Shown: piece after piece, positions 1 to 8,960 of the stretch
Position numbering within the stretch: the stretch's first letter is position 1
How the letters are laid out: each line of letters opens with the position of its first letter
DNA from: Acidimicrobiaceae bacterium
GTDB taxonomy: Bacteria > Actinomycetota > Acidimicrobiia > Acidimicrobiales > Poriferisodalaceae
Assembly (NCBI GenBank): GCA_905182565.1
Contig: CAJJCB010000010.1
Coordinates: forward strand, 20,074-44,073
Length of the DNA stretch: 24,000 nt
Direction of reading: 5' to 3'
Translations under genes and position numbers: made by a program
The notes under the pieces: generated by a model
Told to the model about the DNA's origin: nothing
Databases searched by the model: none
What the model saw: the letters and a program-made list of their open reading frames with translations, nothing else

Positions 1-372
1 TTCCGCAGTTTGTTGTTTCCGTGGCTATGACAAAGACGCTCACGATTTCGGTGGCCTGATTGAATTTTGTCATATGTACCATTGCTGCTCCTAGGTCTAG
101 TATCTAATAGTCAGGACGCCAGTGTCACCATTATTTGCTGTGGTGATAAACAGTACCCTCTGCTTATCTATTGCCGCCAGTGTTTGCAGTTGCTCTGAGC
201 ATGGTTGAGCTAACTCTGCGATACTTAGCTTTAGTCAAAAAAACCGTGAGTTCTATATCGAATTTCCTTATTTGTTGTCCGTGGCGATTGCAGCGGAGAA
301 GATTTCATCGTCGCCGAAAATAATTGCACATTTCGAAAGAAATCGCTCTAAAAAAACTTATATTGTTGTGTC

Positions 373-2304
373 GTGAACGGATTTCGAATAGGGCTTGTTG
401 GCCTCTCCCTGTTTCTGTGCGCATGCAGTAAATCTTCGGAGGTAACGCCAACGGAGATAACCGAAAATACTGCTGGAAGTCTTGTATCGACGTCTGTTAA
501 GACTCGTGTTAGTGACAGTTCGGTGGAGCGCTCACCAGATACCTCTATTGAGGCGATTGATGAACTTATCAAGACATTTGAGCTAACAATCTCCGCGCCT
601 GAGACAGCTAATGGGTATTCAGAAATCGACATAACGGTGATTTCAGATGCAGAGGTAGCGAAGGTAGAAATTATTTCTGATCGATTAGATGTAGTCTCCT
701 CCGGATCGGATTATGTGACTGTCCGCACTCCCATTATCCAACAAAATGAAGTAATTGAATACGAGGTGCGAGTAAGCACGGTCCATGGTGCAGCAAAGAC
801 CTTGGCTCGGCGAATTAAAGTTGTTCTTTATGATCACGATGTAGATCACGCCAGACATCTCAGTCCCAAAGACCTAAGCGGAACAGTCACCGATGACTAC
901 GCTGTCTTCAACTTCGGTTTCGAGACTGTTTTTGTGAATGAGAGGTATAGCGAAACTTACTGTTACCCGACTATTGACGACTGCAGTACCCTCGATGGGT
1001 CGTTCACTGCTGACGCCCATAACTCGATGGTGGGAGATTTCAATGGAGACGGCCATCAGGACCTAGTAGTCGGATGGGTTATATTTCCTCACACGCTCAC
1101 TCATGAAGCGCAAAGTACAGTGAGGGTGTACATCAATAACGGCTCTGGGCGACTCATCGTTGACCCAACGATTTACTCGTTAGGAAAGCCGCCTGAGCGC
1201 CAAATGTCTTACCGATTAATTGTTGATGACTTCAACCTTGATGGAGTTGATGATGTGTTCGCCGGATCAATGGGCTTACTTAAACTGTTACCGACAGGTA
1301 AACGAGAATTGATCCTTGACTCCCATGTTTTGCTTTTGTCCGATAATGGAAACCTCGTTGATGCGTCAGACACTATCGATTATGGAGACACACATTTCTT
1401 TGCACATGATGCTTCATCGGGAGACATTAATGGTGATGGATTCCCTGACATACTTGCGGCTCGAACTTTGTTCTTGAATAAAGGTGGGGAAGGTTTTGTT
1501 AGCGCAATCGATGACCTACCTGAGATATGGCGCACCGACTGGTCAGGTTATGTCATGTCCTCTCTTCTTGAAGATTTCAATGGCGATGGTCTTGCGGACC
1601 CAGTGCTCTTCTGGGGTGATGAACCAGACAAAAATCTGAAACCGAGACCTCCTCAGATAGCGATCAGCGATACACAAACACCGAGCGCTGAATGGCAGGT
1701 GCACAATCTCCCTACGGGACCTTTCGGCGCTGGAACCACAAAATTTAACCACGCGGCTTCAGCAGATATCGACAATGACGGAGATATGGACATTGTCATA
1801 GGGACCACGAGATCTGCGCCTTACTACGTTGGACGATTCCTGCAGGTTCTTGTGAACGACGGCTCAGGACATTTCGACGATATTAGTGAGGGAGCACTAG
1901 GTGAACAGCCCAGAGCATTAAATCACCGAGACCCTAACCTGCAGGTTGAATGCACCGTCCAAGGTGAGGGACAGGTCATTCTCCTCGACATCGATAACGA
2001 CGGGGACATCGACATCACTGATCGAACTAACGGCGGGAAGGACGGAGCATCAGACGCGTGCCCAGGGATCAGTATCTATCTCAATAACGGTAACAGCATT
2101 TTTGTGACCGACAAAAAGACACAGCTAGCCAGCGTGCGTCAGAATCAAATCCCCGGATTCGTCGCTTTGTCGAATGACCATGAGATCGGTAACGCCATAC
2201 CTATAGACCTCGATGGGCGCCTAGGAATCGATTACGTCAGTCAAATAAAATCGCCAGGGGAAGGTGCCGGCTCATTCTTGTATCAACTTATGTCATTGCG
2301 ATAA
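373..2304 (+). CDS. FG-GAP / VCBS-repeat lipoprotein, probably a seven-bladed beta-propeller
   Basis: The N-terminus MNGFRIGLVGLSLFLCAC has a basic n-region, a hydrophobic core and a lipobox-like LCAC. Six clear Ca-binding FG-GAP motifs are present: DFNGDGHQD, DFNLDGVDD, DINGDGFPD, DFNGDGLAD, DIDNDGDMD and DIDNDGDID. A degenerate seventh is IDLDGRLGID. The start is GTG with no obvious SD, so the start position is uncertain. Confidence 0.8.
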   Translation: MNGFRIGLVGLSLFLCACSKSSEVTPTEITENTAGSLVSTSVKTRVSDSSVERSPDTSIEAIDELIKTFELTISAPETANGYSEIDITVISDAEVAKVEIISDRLDVVSSGSDYVTVRTPIIQQNEVIEYEVRVSTVHGAAKTLARRIKVVLYDHDVDHARHLSPKDLSGTVTDDYAVFNFGFETVFVNERYSETYCYPTIDDCSTLDGSFTADAHNSMVGDFNGDGHQDLVVGWVIFPHTLTHEAQSTVRVYINNGSGRLIVDPTIYSLGKPPERQMSYRLIVDDFNLDGVDDVFAGSMGLLKLLPTGKRELILDSHVLLLSDNGNLVDASDTIDYGDTHFFAHDASSGDINGDGFPDILAARTLFLNKGGEGFVSAIDDLPEIWRTDWSGYVMSSLLEDFNGDGLADPVLFWGDEPDKNLKPRPPQIAISDTQTPSAEWQVHNLPTGPFGAGTTKFNHAASADIDNDGDMDIVIGTTRSAPYYVGRFLQVLVNDGSGHFDDISEGALGEQPRALNHRDPNLQVECTVQGEGQVILLDIDNDGDIDITDRTNGGKDGASDACPGISIYLNNGNSIFVTDKKTQLASVRQNQIPGFVALSNDHEIGNAIPIDLDGRLGIDYVSQIKSPGEGAGSFLYQLMSLR

Positions 2305-2486
2305 AAGAGATATCGGTTTGTGGGAAACAGATCACCTGAAACTATATGTCGTTGATGTAAGAAGTAACTGCGCGACACCTGCAGCAAACAGCGAAACATT
2401 TAGGCAGCGCAGCTTAAGCTAGAGTAGGTCTGTCAGACAGATTCCTTAGAATCTAGTGGCTCCTTCATTGGAGAACGCAGATGCTG

Positions 2487-2509
2487 TTAGCTGTTGCATC
2501 AACAGCTAA
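2487..2509 (+). terminator. Possible weak intrinsic terminator or stem-loop downstream of the FG-GAP gene
   Basis: Perfect 9-bp stem TTAGCTGTT / AACAGCTAA with a 5-nt loop GCATC, followed by the moderately T-containing GTTGCTGGTTTGTG. It lies about 180 nt after the stop codon and the T tract is poor. Confidence 0.3.
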
Positions 2510-2555
2510 GTTGCTGGTTTGTGACAAGTATTCACTTACCGACACTAACTAATGC

Positions 2556-2747
2556 TCACGTAGTGGGATGATTCGAAGCGTTTCGGTTGTCGTATCGCTC
2601 GTCTCTTTTTTTCCCTCGAAGCTCCATCAAATAATAGCCAACGCCGAAAAAAATAGCGAGCGCCACAAGGGCAATCGCTGACCAGGTAACGGAAAGCGTT
2701 GAGTCTGTAGCCGCAGAGGTGCTAGCGCTAAGAATTGCAAGAAGCAT
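2556..2747 (-). CDS. Small hypothetical membrane-anchored protein (63 aa)
   Basis: ATG start with a weak AAAGAG about 10 nt upstream. It has one clear hydrophobic helix (WSAIALVALAIFFGVGYYLM) followed by a charged tail (RGKKRDERYD). I recognise no family. Confidence 0.4.
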   Translation of the reverse strand: MLLAILSASTSAATDSTLSVTWSAIALVALAIFFGVGYYLMELRGKKRDERYDNRNASNHPTT

Positions 2748-2943
2748 TTGCTGTCACTCTTTCACAAAAATAGGCCAAGGAGCGTTATTTGCCGTCCCCG
2801 AATCGGTATGTCACCTCATGGGCGTCTAGCCCTACAAAAATTTTACTAAAACCAAGTTCGTAATGTACTCGTCAGCACACAAAGATTATGAGAATCGATA
2901 TTTAACCAGACCCGTTTCCTTAGACACAGACACCAGCAGATAA

Positions 2944-3633
2944 CTAGCCGCCAACGCTCAAACTAATTAGTAACTCTGCGACAAGTTCGGGACGATACAC
3001 AAATGGTGAATGATCTGTATCCCATTCGACAGATGTTGTGGCTCGGGCAGCCATTTTGCGTTGGCCCTCCGCAGGCAGCGCATTATCGTAATTGCAAACA
3101 ACATAAGTTGAGGGTTTAGTTTGCCAAGCTAATTCTGATTGCCCCGCAAACGGCTTGTGGCTTTGAGGACGTAATTGCTGCGCTGCCCAGGCGAAGTCCG
3201 CGTCATTATGCCCATTATAAAACACCGCTTTACCCAACTCAGATTTCACTGTGGTTGTTCCATCATCGTGAACATCTAAACACTTACCTAATCCAGCAGA
3301 CACGTAAGGCGTAGTGTCTTCATTCGCCAAACCAAGAAAAGCTGCTAGATAAACCAGATGCCCCACTCGATCATGTGTCCCTGCTTCAGTTATGACTGTT
3401 CCGCCTCGGGAGTGACCAAGTAAGATCGCTTCCTCAGACCCAGACAAACCATCAAGAGCATCTCTGACTGCGATATCGTCTTCGGTCTGGTTTGCTCCCT
3501 CTGAGGCAGCTAGCACACTCGGCAAATCTGGGGCTACCCACCTAATATCGGCGGCATCAAGGTAAGGAGTCACGCGACCCCAACACCAAGGTCCATGCCA
3601 AGCACCGTGAACGAGTACGACTGGTTTATTCAT
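2944..3633 (-). CDS. Alpha/beta-fold hydrolase (esterase/lipase-like)
   Basis: It begins with the beta1/oxyanion region VVLVHGAWHGPWCW and has the nucleophile elbow GHSRGG (G-x-S-x-G). A late DHSPF supplies the catalytic His region. I prefer the ATG at 3633 (MNKPVVLVHG) over the TTG at 3651 used by the ORF track. Confidence 0.85.
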   Translation of the reverse strand: MNKPVVLVHGAWHGPWCWGRVTPYLDAADIRWVAPDLPSVLAASEGANQTEDDIAVRDALDGLSGSEEAILLGHSRGGTVITEAGTHDRVGHLVYLAAFLGLANEDTTPYVSAGLGKCLDVHDDGTTTVKSELGKAVFYNGHNDADFAWAAQQLRPQSHKPFAGQSELAWQTKPSTYVVCNYDNALPAEGQRKMAARATTSVEWDTDHSPFVYRPELVAELLISLSVGG

Positions 3634-3805
3634 AGCTTTACGATAATCCAAAACCCAGATTACGAAGCACTCATCTAAAGTTTCTCAATTAGTACACCCG
3701 AAAGCGGTCCCTGCACCGTCTATCTCGAGATCTAAATCCAATCCTGAAAGTCGCATATTTGATACCGTTAAAAGATCTAAAGAAGCAGGACCGAGAAGCT
3801 ATTGG

Positions 3806-4096
3806 TTAGGTAAAAATCGTGAATGCTGCAACTGTTATGCCTAAAACTTTGCGCATAGGGTTAACCCCCCGAAACAACTCATCTGCTGCGAAACCCAGCC
3901 AAAAAACTTTACCGATTACCAAAAGCAGTGCAACGTCATTGAAGAAGAAGTTGGCCACCGTCCCAGCGAAACATAAGCAAAGAATCAAGTTAGGTTTCTG
4001 AGCTACTACCAGTTGTCCAGTGGAGCGATCTTCTAACCACCATCTGATCGAAAACAGTGCAAACGACATAGCTTTTACCCTATAAGCAGAAGACAT
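3806..4096 (-). CDS. Hypothetical small integral membrane protein (96 aa)
   Basis: ATG start preceded by GGAGAG 9 nt upstream. There are two to three hydrophobic segments. I recognise no family. Confidence 0.5.
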   Translation of the reverse strand: MSSAYRVKAMSFALFSIRWWLEDRSTGQLVVAQKPNLILCLCFAGTVANFFFNDVALLLVIGKVFWLGFAADELFRGVNPMRKVLGITVAAFTIFT

Positions 4097-4448
4097 GAAA
4101 TTAGCTCTCCGAAAATAAGCTGATCAGCCACCAATACAGTCATTCAGCTGCGCTGCGACTTAGGCGAACAAGAATTTCCTGATCTGCTTACTGCCTAATC
4201 AGGACCCTGATGTTAGGACGATGTAACTACATAGAGAACTTAACTGAGAGACGTAATTCTGCTTCGCCTAGATTGTCTGCGTCGTAGTAATCAAAGCGAA
4301 AAATCATTTCAAGACTAAAATTGGACCGATGCGCTATTAGCGAGAGTCCCTATAGCCTGAAATGAGTCGCCGTTTTCGCTGCACGAGTGAACGGTTATAT
4401 AACTCTTACTGGCGGACAAATATCTGTCAGCGCGGAAGGTATCGATTC

Positions 4449-4715
4449 ATGAATTTACTAGTAGTCGTCAATGGTGTCTCTGATTATTCAGCGTGGCGAC
4501 AAATCTTTGATGAAGATGCTGCTGAACACGCAAAATTTTCGTCATCAATGATCGCAGGCCCAGTCGATAATGGCCAAGTCGCAATTGTTGGCTACGACGT
4601 AGATATGGGCGCCATGGGAGCTTTCATGGGTACACCAGAATTTGCGGATCGAACAAGTGCGATACAGGGCGAAGTAACTATTTATGAGTTGTCAGAAATA
4701 GCCCCGCCTGCGTAG
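4449..4715 (+). CDS. Hypothetical small soluble protein (88 aa)
   Basis: Internal ATG (MNLLVVVNGVSDYSAWRQIFDED...) preceded by GGAAGG about 10 nt upstream. The N-terminal extension in the ORF track (from 4362) is Arg/Cys-rich and does not look like protein. Family unknown. Confidence 0.5.
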   Translation: MNLLVVVNGVSDYSAWRQIFDEDAAEHAKFSSSMIAGPVDNGQVAIVGYDVDMGAMGAFMGTPEFADRTSAIQGEVTIYELSEIAPPA

Positions 4716-5035
4716 TAAACAAACGAACCGGAAACGGTGCCTGAAAGAAACACACATCATGTTTCTGATCGTGCAGCCCCTCTTCAGCTATTCCTATCGA
4801 TTCTGCCCCACCGATAACGATTGGAACAACCTCAGGGGAGCGAGGGCAGATGCTAGGACTGGTCCAAATGCTAGGGAAAACTCCGCTGCCTATATTCGAA
4901 ACAACAACTTGTTAGTAGTTACCAGACGCTTGTAAGGCCCTCTCGAGTGGACCCATCTGATTTTCACGAATTAATGAAACAGTGATCGAAACAGTATTCG
5001 GTTGAGTCTTGATTGCTGAATCGTGGCAGTCTTCA

Positions 5036-5920
5036 ATGATGCGACAGGGTCTTAACAGTAGAAACGGTTCTTCGCTCATTCTTTTAACGGGCGCGTTGTT
5101 TAGTTTCAGCCCTTTGTTATTTCGGTGGACTTCCAGCGAAAGCTCTGAATGGCTATTTCTTTTTTGGCGTTCAATCGGGATGCTTATCGCTTCGCTAATA
5201 GCGTTGAATGTGGGACATTATTCAAGTCTCTCCGCTCGGATCAGAACTGGTTTCGCTAAGAATCTGTTAACAGGAGCTTTGATGGCGGGTATGTCTACCG
5301 CTTTCATTGTGTCGATCTCTCGTATCGACGCTGCTACGACGCTTTTTCTGCAGAGTTTAGCTCCATTTTCTGCTGCACTATTGGGCTGGCTACTGCTACG
5401 TGAGCGAGTCGACAGTCATACATGGGCAGCTATGGGAACAGCAGTTGTTGGCGTTGCGATAATGGGAAGTAGCTGGGATTTGAGCGATGCGCTTGGGGTT
5501 AGTGCAGCGGCATCTATCGCTGTGATGCTCGGCGTGTACACGGTGCTATTGCGCAGTTCTCAAAACCGCGATCCGCGCGTACCAGTCATTTTTGCTGCAT
5601 TAATTGGAATTCTGATTGGTTCAGTTGGTGCTGCCATGGCCGGTGGGTTTGGCCTGCCGATGAGCGATGCATTGTTGGCGCTAGCCAGCGGTGGGATTCT
5701 GTTAGGTATCGGAGTGCCTATCTTTAACTTAGCTGGGCGTTACGTTCCTGCAGCGCGCGCAAGTTTGCTGTTGCTGAGCGAGATTGTTTTGGCTCCTTTC
5801 TGGGTTTGGCTGATTGTCAGTGAAACCCCAGAACGTAATACTCTGATCGGTGGCACAATAATTCTCGCAGCCTTAGTTTGGGTAGCAAGCCACCCTCTTC
5901 TACCTCAACACGAAAACTGA
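5036..5920 (+). CDS. EamA/DMT-superfamily permease (about 10 TM helices)
   Basis: Two repeated 5-TM halves are visible, with the characteristic LGWLLLRERV junction after the first half. The protein is highly hydrophobic throughout. The start could be the TTG at 5009 or the ATG-ATG at 5036. Confidence 0.8.
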   Translation: MMRQGLNSRNGSSLILLTGALFSFSPLLFRWTSSESSEWLFLFWRSIGMLIASLIALNVGHYSSLSARIRTGFAKNLLTGALMAGMSTAFIVSISRIDAATTLFLQSLAPFSAALLGWLLLRERVDSHTWAAMGTAVVGVAIMGSSWDLSDALGVSAAASIAVMLGVYTVLLRSSQNRDPRVPVIFAALIGILIGSVGAAMAGGFGLPMSDALLALASGGILLGIGVPIFNLAGRYVPAARASLLLLSEIVLAPFWVWLIVSETPERNTLIGGTIILAALVWVASHPLLPQHEN

Positions 5921-6087
5921 TTTGATAACTAAATTTTTGTTCGTTTGAAAGCTCCTTACCAAGGTGTAGGAGAGCTCGCAAAATTTAAGAACTTAATGTC
6001 TTACCATCAGGTTTCTAATAATGGCATTGAGATGTGTAACGCCGTTTTGCTTCTATTCCGTTGCGGAAAGACCAAAAATAAGAATCA

Positions 6088-7200
6088 TCAAAGTTGTGGA
6101 CAAACGAGACTTTTCCCCTGAGTACTCATTTGGGTGTACTTTTTCATCTGGTTCATATCTAATATTGACTCTAAAGAGAGCGTGTCGCTGTATGAACTAG
6201 CGAAGGTAGTGGCTAATTCCGTTGCTACGCGTTGACGCAACTCGCTACTTCGTCCCGGACCGACTTTTGCTAAGAAATTCGGGAGAAGCCAACCAGCGAC
6301 ACCCCATGCCATCCCGTAGCTTCTTTTGAGGAGAGTGGGTCCTCGGTCTAGTCCACCATATATGTACATCTGCTTATGAGTTGTGGAACCGTACCGGCTG
6401 TACTCGCCACCGTTTGAACTCGCTGCTATCTCCATGGCGTGGAGGATTTCTGTAGCTAAATCTCCGCCGCCGACAGCATCGAAACCGATTGTTGCTCCGG
6501 TTTTCGTGCACGCATCAACCAAATCCTTGCGAAAATTAGGCGAACTTGAATTTACGACGTATGACGCTCCTTGGTTTTGTAAGAGTTTGACATGCTCTTC
6601 GCGCCGCACAATGTTGACCAACTCTATTCCATCATCAACGCATATCCGGTTGAGCATCTGACCTAAGTTCGAAGCCGCTGCTGTGTGAACTATCGCCGAG
6701 TGGCCCTCAAGCCGCATGGATTCTGTCATACCTAAGGCCGTAAGCGGATTCACAAAACATGATGCGGCATCAAGAGCTTTGGTGCCTTCTTCGAGAACTA
6801 AGCAATCCCGTGCTTTCACTACGCGATGGGTGGCATACATTCCACCGGCTAGAACGGCGACAACCTTCCCATGAAGCGCTCTGGCTTGCTCTCCGCCCCC
6901 AACCTCGATAACAACGCCAGATCCTTCATTTCCCACCGGCATAGGCTGGTCCACGCGACCAGCGAGACCGTCTATTGCTCCGTCAGGAAGCGATAGGGCA
7001 AGCCCATTTCCCGACGCTGAGACAGTTGATACATCGGCACCGGCAAGAAGGACACCTAGGTCGCTTGGATTGATTGGTGATGCCCCTACTTCAATGAGTA
7101 CTTCATCTGGTCCCAGATCTGGCACCTGGAACTCTTCAATACTTAAATGGACTTTTGATCCTGAAGTAACGGTCGAGATCAGTCGTTTGCCATTAGACAT
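6088..7200 (-). CDS. MDR-superfamily NAD(P)H-dependent oxidoreductase (quinone oxidoreductase / enoyl reductase-like; no zinc-binding Cys/His ligand motifs recognised)
   Basis: It has a GroES-like N-terminal domain (DEVLIEVGASPINPSDLG) and a Rossmann region (IVHTAAASNLGQML). Length is about 370 aa. I prefer the ATG at 7200 (MSNGKRL) to the TTG at 7209. Confidence 0.85.
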   Translation of the reverse strand: MSNGKRLISTVTSGSKVHLSIEEFQVPDLGPDEVLIEVGASPINPSDLGVLLAGADVSTVSASGNGLALSLPDGAIDGLAGRVDQPMPVGNEGSGVVIEVGGGEQARALHGKVVAVLAGGMYATHRVVKARDCLVLEEGTKALDAASCFVNPLTALGMTESMRLEGHSAIVHTAAASNLGQMLNRICVDDGIELVNIVRREEHVKLLQNQGASYVVNSSSPNFRKDLVDACTKTGATIGFDAVGGGDLATEILHAMEIAASSNGGEYSRYGSTTHKQMYIYGGLDRGPTLLKRSYGMAWGVAGWLLPNFLAKVGPGRSSELRQRVATELATTFASSYSDTLSLESILDMNQMKKYTQMSTQGKSLVCPQL

Positions 7201-7279
7201 ATGCACCAATGTTCTTTCTCAAGTTGGAGAACGATTTACTAAATTGGAAGGGAAACCCTATGGTTGAGGCTAGTACCTG

Positions 7280-7308
7280 TTGACGCCCTCTCGTTCGAAC
7301 CATACAAC
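7280..7308 (+). promoter_or_regulatory. Candidate sigma70-type promoter reading toward the small ORF and heliorhodopsin
   Basis: TTGACG (7280-7285), a 17-nt spacer, then TACAAC (7303-7308). The -10 element is imperfect and lacks the terminal T. This is purely a sequence-pattern call. Confidence 0.25.
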
Positions 7309-7372
7309 AGACAGCTCTGCCCAAGTAGCAGGGCAAGAGCGTTAGCTATGTCCCGATGTGACTATTGATGCA

Positions 7373-7558
7373 ATGAAACTAAAAACTTCCCTGCACCCAT
7401 CACACTCCTCTAAGTTGCCAAATTTGGCTTTGGCTTTGGCTTTGGCTTTGGCTATGGCTATGGCTAATGAGCACCGAGCAACGCTTGAGGCGGGAATCAA
7501 TTCCTTTATGGCTCGACACCAGGCAACCTTTATCGGAGGAACTCTCGATGAGCTGTAA
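7373..7558 (+). CDS. Small ORF (61 aa) with a signal-peptide-like N-terminus whose hydrophobic core is encoded by the hexanucleotide repeat
   Basis: MKLKTSLHPSHSSKLPN-LALALALALAMAMA-NEHRATLEAG... shows a basic n-region, an (LA)n h-region and an A-x-A (AMA) motif. It is on the same strand as heliorhodopsin and ends 93 nt upstream of it. There is no SD and I know of no homolog, so it could be non-coding. Confidence 0.3.
   Translation: MKLKTSLHPSHSSKLPNLALALALALAMAMANEHRATLEAGINSFMARHQATFIGGTLDEL
7424..7465. repeat. Hexanucleotide microsatellite: (TTGGCT)x5 followed by (ATGGCT)x2
   Basis: Read directly from the sequence. There are seven contiguous 6-bp units, five identical and two with a single T>A change. 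Confidence 0.95.
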
Positions 7559-7651
7559 GCAGCAACTCGAACACCATTTTAGGTTTGCTCATTTTGTGAT
7601 CGTAATCTAAGACGGTTTTTGGAAACTGCGAGCTCCCGGTAGCCTGACAGA

Positions 7652-8410
7652 ATGGACACACAAATCGTGAAGCTTCGTAAACTGAACGTATTCGCCGGGT
7701 GTCTTCACCTTGCGTCGTTTATCGCAATTTTAGTGCTAGCGGACGACAGCTCTCTTCCCGTAGTGGCCACCTACCTTACCGAGGCCCCAGGAACTGGAAA
7801 CTTCTCAGATCCAGTAAACCTATTCAATCTGAATATCAGCTATATGGTGGCTGGGTTCTTAGCGCTCTCAGCTTTTTTCCATTTCTTTGTAAGCTCACCA
7901 CTAATTTTCCCCAAATATGTTGAGGGCCTGAGCAATCACATTAACAAGTACCGGTGGGTTGAGTACTCACTGTCGTCTTCCCTCATGATTGTCGTCATTC
8001 TCCAACTAAATGGCACCGCCGATTACATCGCCCTACTCGCGATCTTTGGCGTCAATGTCAGCATGATCTTGTTTGGTTGGCTCCAAGAGCGTTACGCCAC
8101 ACCAGGCGACGGCGACATGCTCCCTTTCTGGTTCGGATGCATCGCCGGAGCGATCCCTTGGATTGCCGTGACCCTAAGCATCATCTCGCTGAAAGGCCCT
8201 GCTGAAGCCACAGTTCCCGGCTTTGTCTATGGAATAGTGATCTCGTTGTTCATTCTCTTCAACTGCTTCGCAATTATTCAGTGGAAACAGTATCGGGCAA
8301 GGGGAAGATGGTCTGACTACTTCTACGGTGAACGTCGCTACATCCTGCTCAGTTTCATTGCGAAGTCTGTGCTCGCTTGGCAGGTATTTGCCGGAGCACT
8401 TGCGTCTTGA
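7652..8410 (+). CDS. Heliorhodopsin (HeR), a 7-TM retinal protein with inverted topology
   Basis: It aligns end to end with my recollection of heliorhodopsin 48C12. Shared blocks are YRWVEYSLSSS (counterion Glu104, codon 7961-7963), LSAFFHFFVSS (His77), CLHLASF (His19), AIFGVNVSMILFGWLQERY, MLPFWFGCIAGAIPWI, VPGFVYGIVISLF and IAKSVLAWQVF (Schiff-base Lys238, codon 8363-8365). Length is 252 aa. Confidence 0.95.
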   Translation: MDTQIVKLRKLNVFAGCLHLASFIAILVLADDSSLPVVATYLTEAPGTGNFSDPVNLFNLNISYMVAGFLALSAFFHFFVSSPLIFPKYVEGLSNHINKYRWVEYSLSSSLMIVVILQLNGTADYIALLAIFGVNVSMILFGWLQERYATPGDGDMLPFWFGCIAGAIPWIAVTLSIISLKGPAEATVPGFVYGIVISLFILFNCFAIIQWKQYRARGRWSDYFYGERRYILLSFIAKSVLAWQVFAGALAS

Positions 8411-8470
8411 CTGCTGGAAAGCTTGCAAATCGTCGCTTGTAGGAAACGCTGCATTGCTCCCGTTAGAATT

Positions 8471-8902
8471 TCAACCCAGCGTTTGATTAACTAAAACCGC
8501 CCCAAGCGGTATTCTGATGCTCCACGCTGCAGTACGGATCCAATTGACCTTAATCAGCTTTGGAATCAATTCAGATTCCCCACGTCCAATTTTCGCGTGC
8601 AATGGCACCGCCTGGAACAGGGTTACAGAAACCGCAACTACCAGGAAACAAAAGCTAATGAAAGCTATGGGAAGCGCATCGCTGGGCACGACTAAAAATG
8701 CTAAGGCGCTTGAAGCCGCCTCGATGACCATTACTGGGCCAACCACTCTAATTATCAAATTTTGGTGACGACGAGATACTTCAATAATTGACTGAACCGG
8801 GACCTCACCCAGGAGCGGATAATGAACGACTTGTATGACCCACAATACTCCCGCCATGAAAGCTGCGGAGGTAACGGATACAAGTGCTATTAGCGATTCC
8901 AT
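8471..8902 (-). CDS. DUF1772-like (anthrone-oxygenase-like) 4-TM membrane protein
   Basis: 143 aa with four hydrophobic helices. The C-terminal NWIRTAAWSIR resembles the W-x-x-x-N/W-x-x-RT motif I recall for DUF1772. It converges on the heliorhodopsin 3' end with a 60-bp gap. Confidence 0.55.
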   Translation of the reverse strand: MESLIALVSVTSAAFMAGVLWVIQVVHYPLLGEVPVQSIIEVSRRHQNLIIRVVGPVMVIEAASSALAFLVVPSDALPIAFISFCFLVVAVSVTLFQAVPLHAKIGRGESELIPKLIKVNWIRTAAWSIRIPLGAVLVNQTLG

Positions 8903-8960
8903 CGTGTGTCAACAGGTTGAGTGGCGCACTCGACACCATATGTGAATAGACGCAAACGGT

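Noticed and set aside
1-82. Possible 5' end of a minus-strand gene running off the left edge (MVHMTKFNQATEIVSVFVIATETTNCG..., with GGAGCAGCA before the ATG at 82)
   Set aside because: Only about 27 codons are visible and I recognise no motif. An alternative plus-strand reading frame is also open to about position 97, so there is too little evidence to report it as a feature.
7424-7465. Whether the tandem repeat could be a CRISPR array or mini-array
   Set aside because: The units are 6 bp and contiguous with no spacers. This is a simple microsatellite, not a repeat-spacer array, and there are no cas genes in the window.
7585-7608. Candidate promoter TTGCTC ... TAATCT immediately upstream of heliorhodopsin
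   Set aside because: The spacer between the two hexamers is only 12 nt, incompatible with a sigma70-type promoter. I do not report it.
7699-8428. ORFs 7699..7923 (+) and 8174..8428 (-) overlapping heliorhodopsin
   Set aside because: They are alternative-frame or antisense ORFs inside a CDS that aligns along its full length to heliorhodopsin. They have no independent support.
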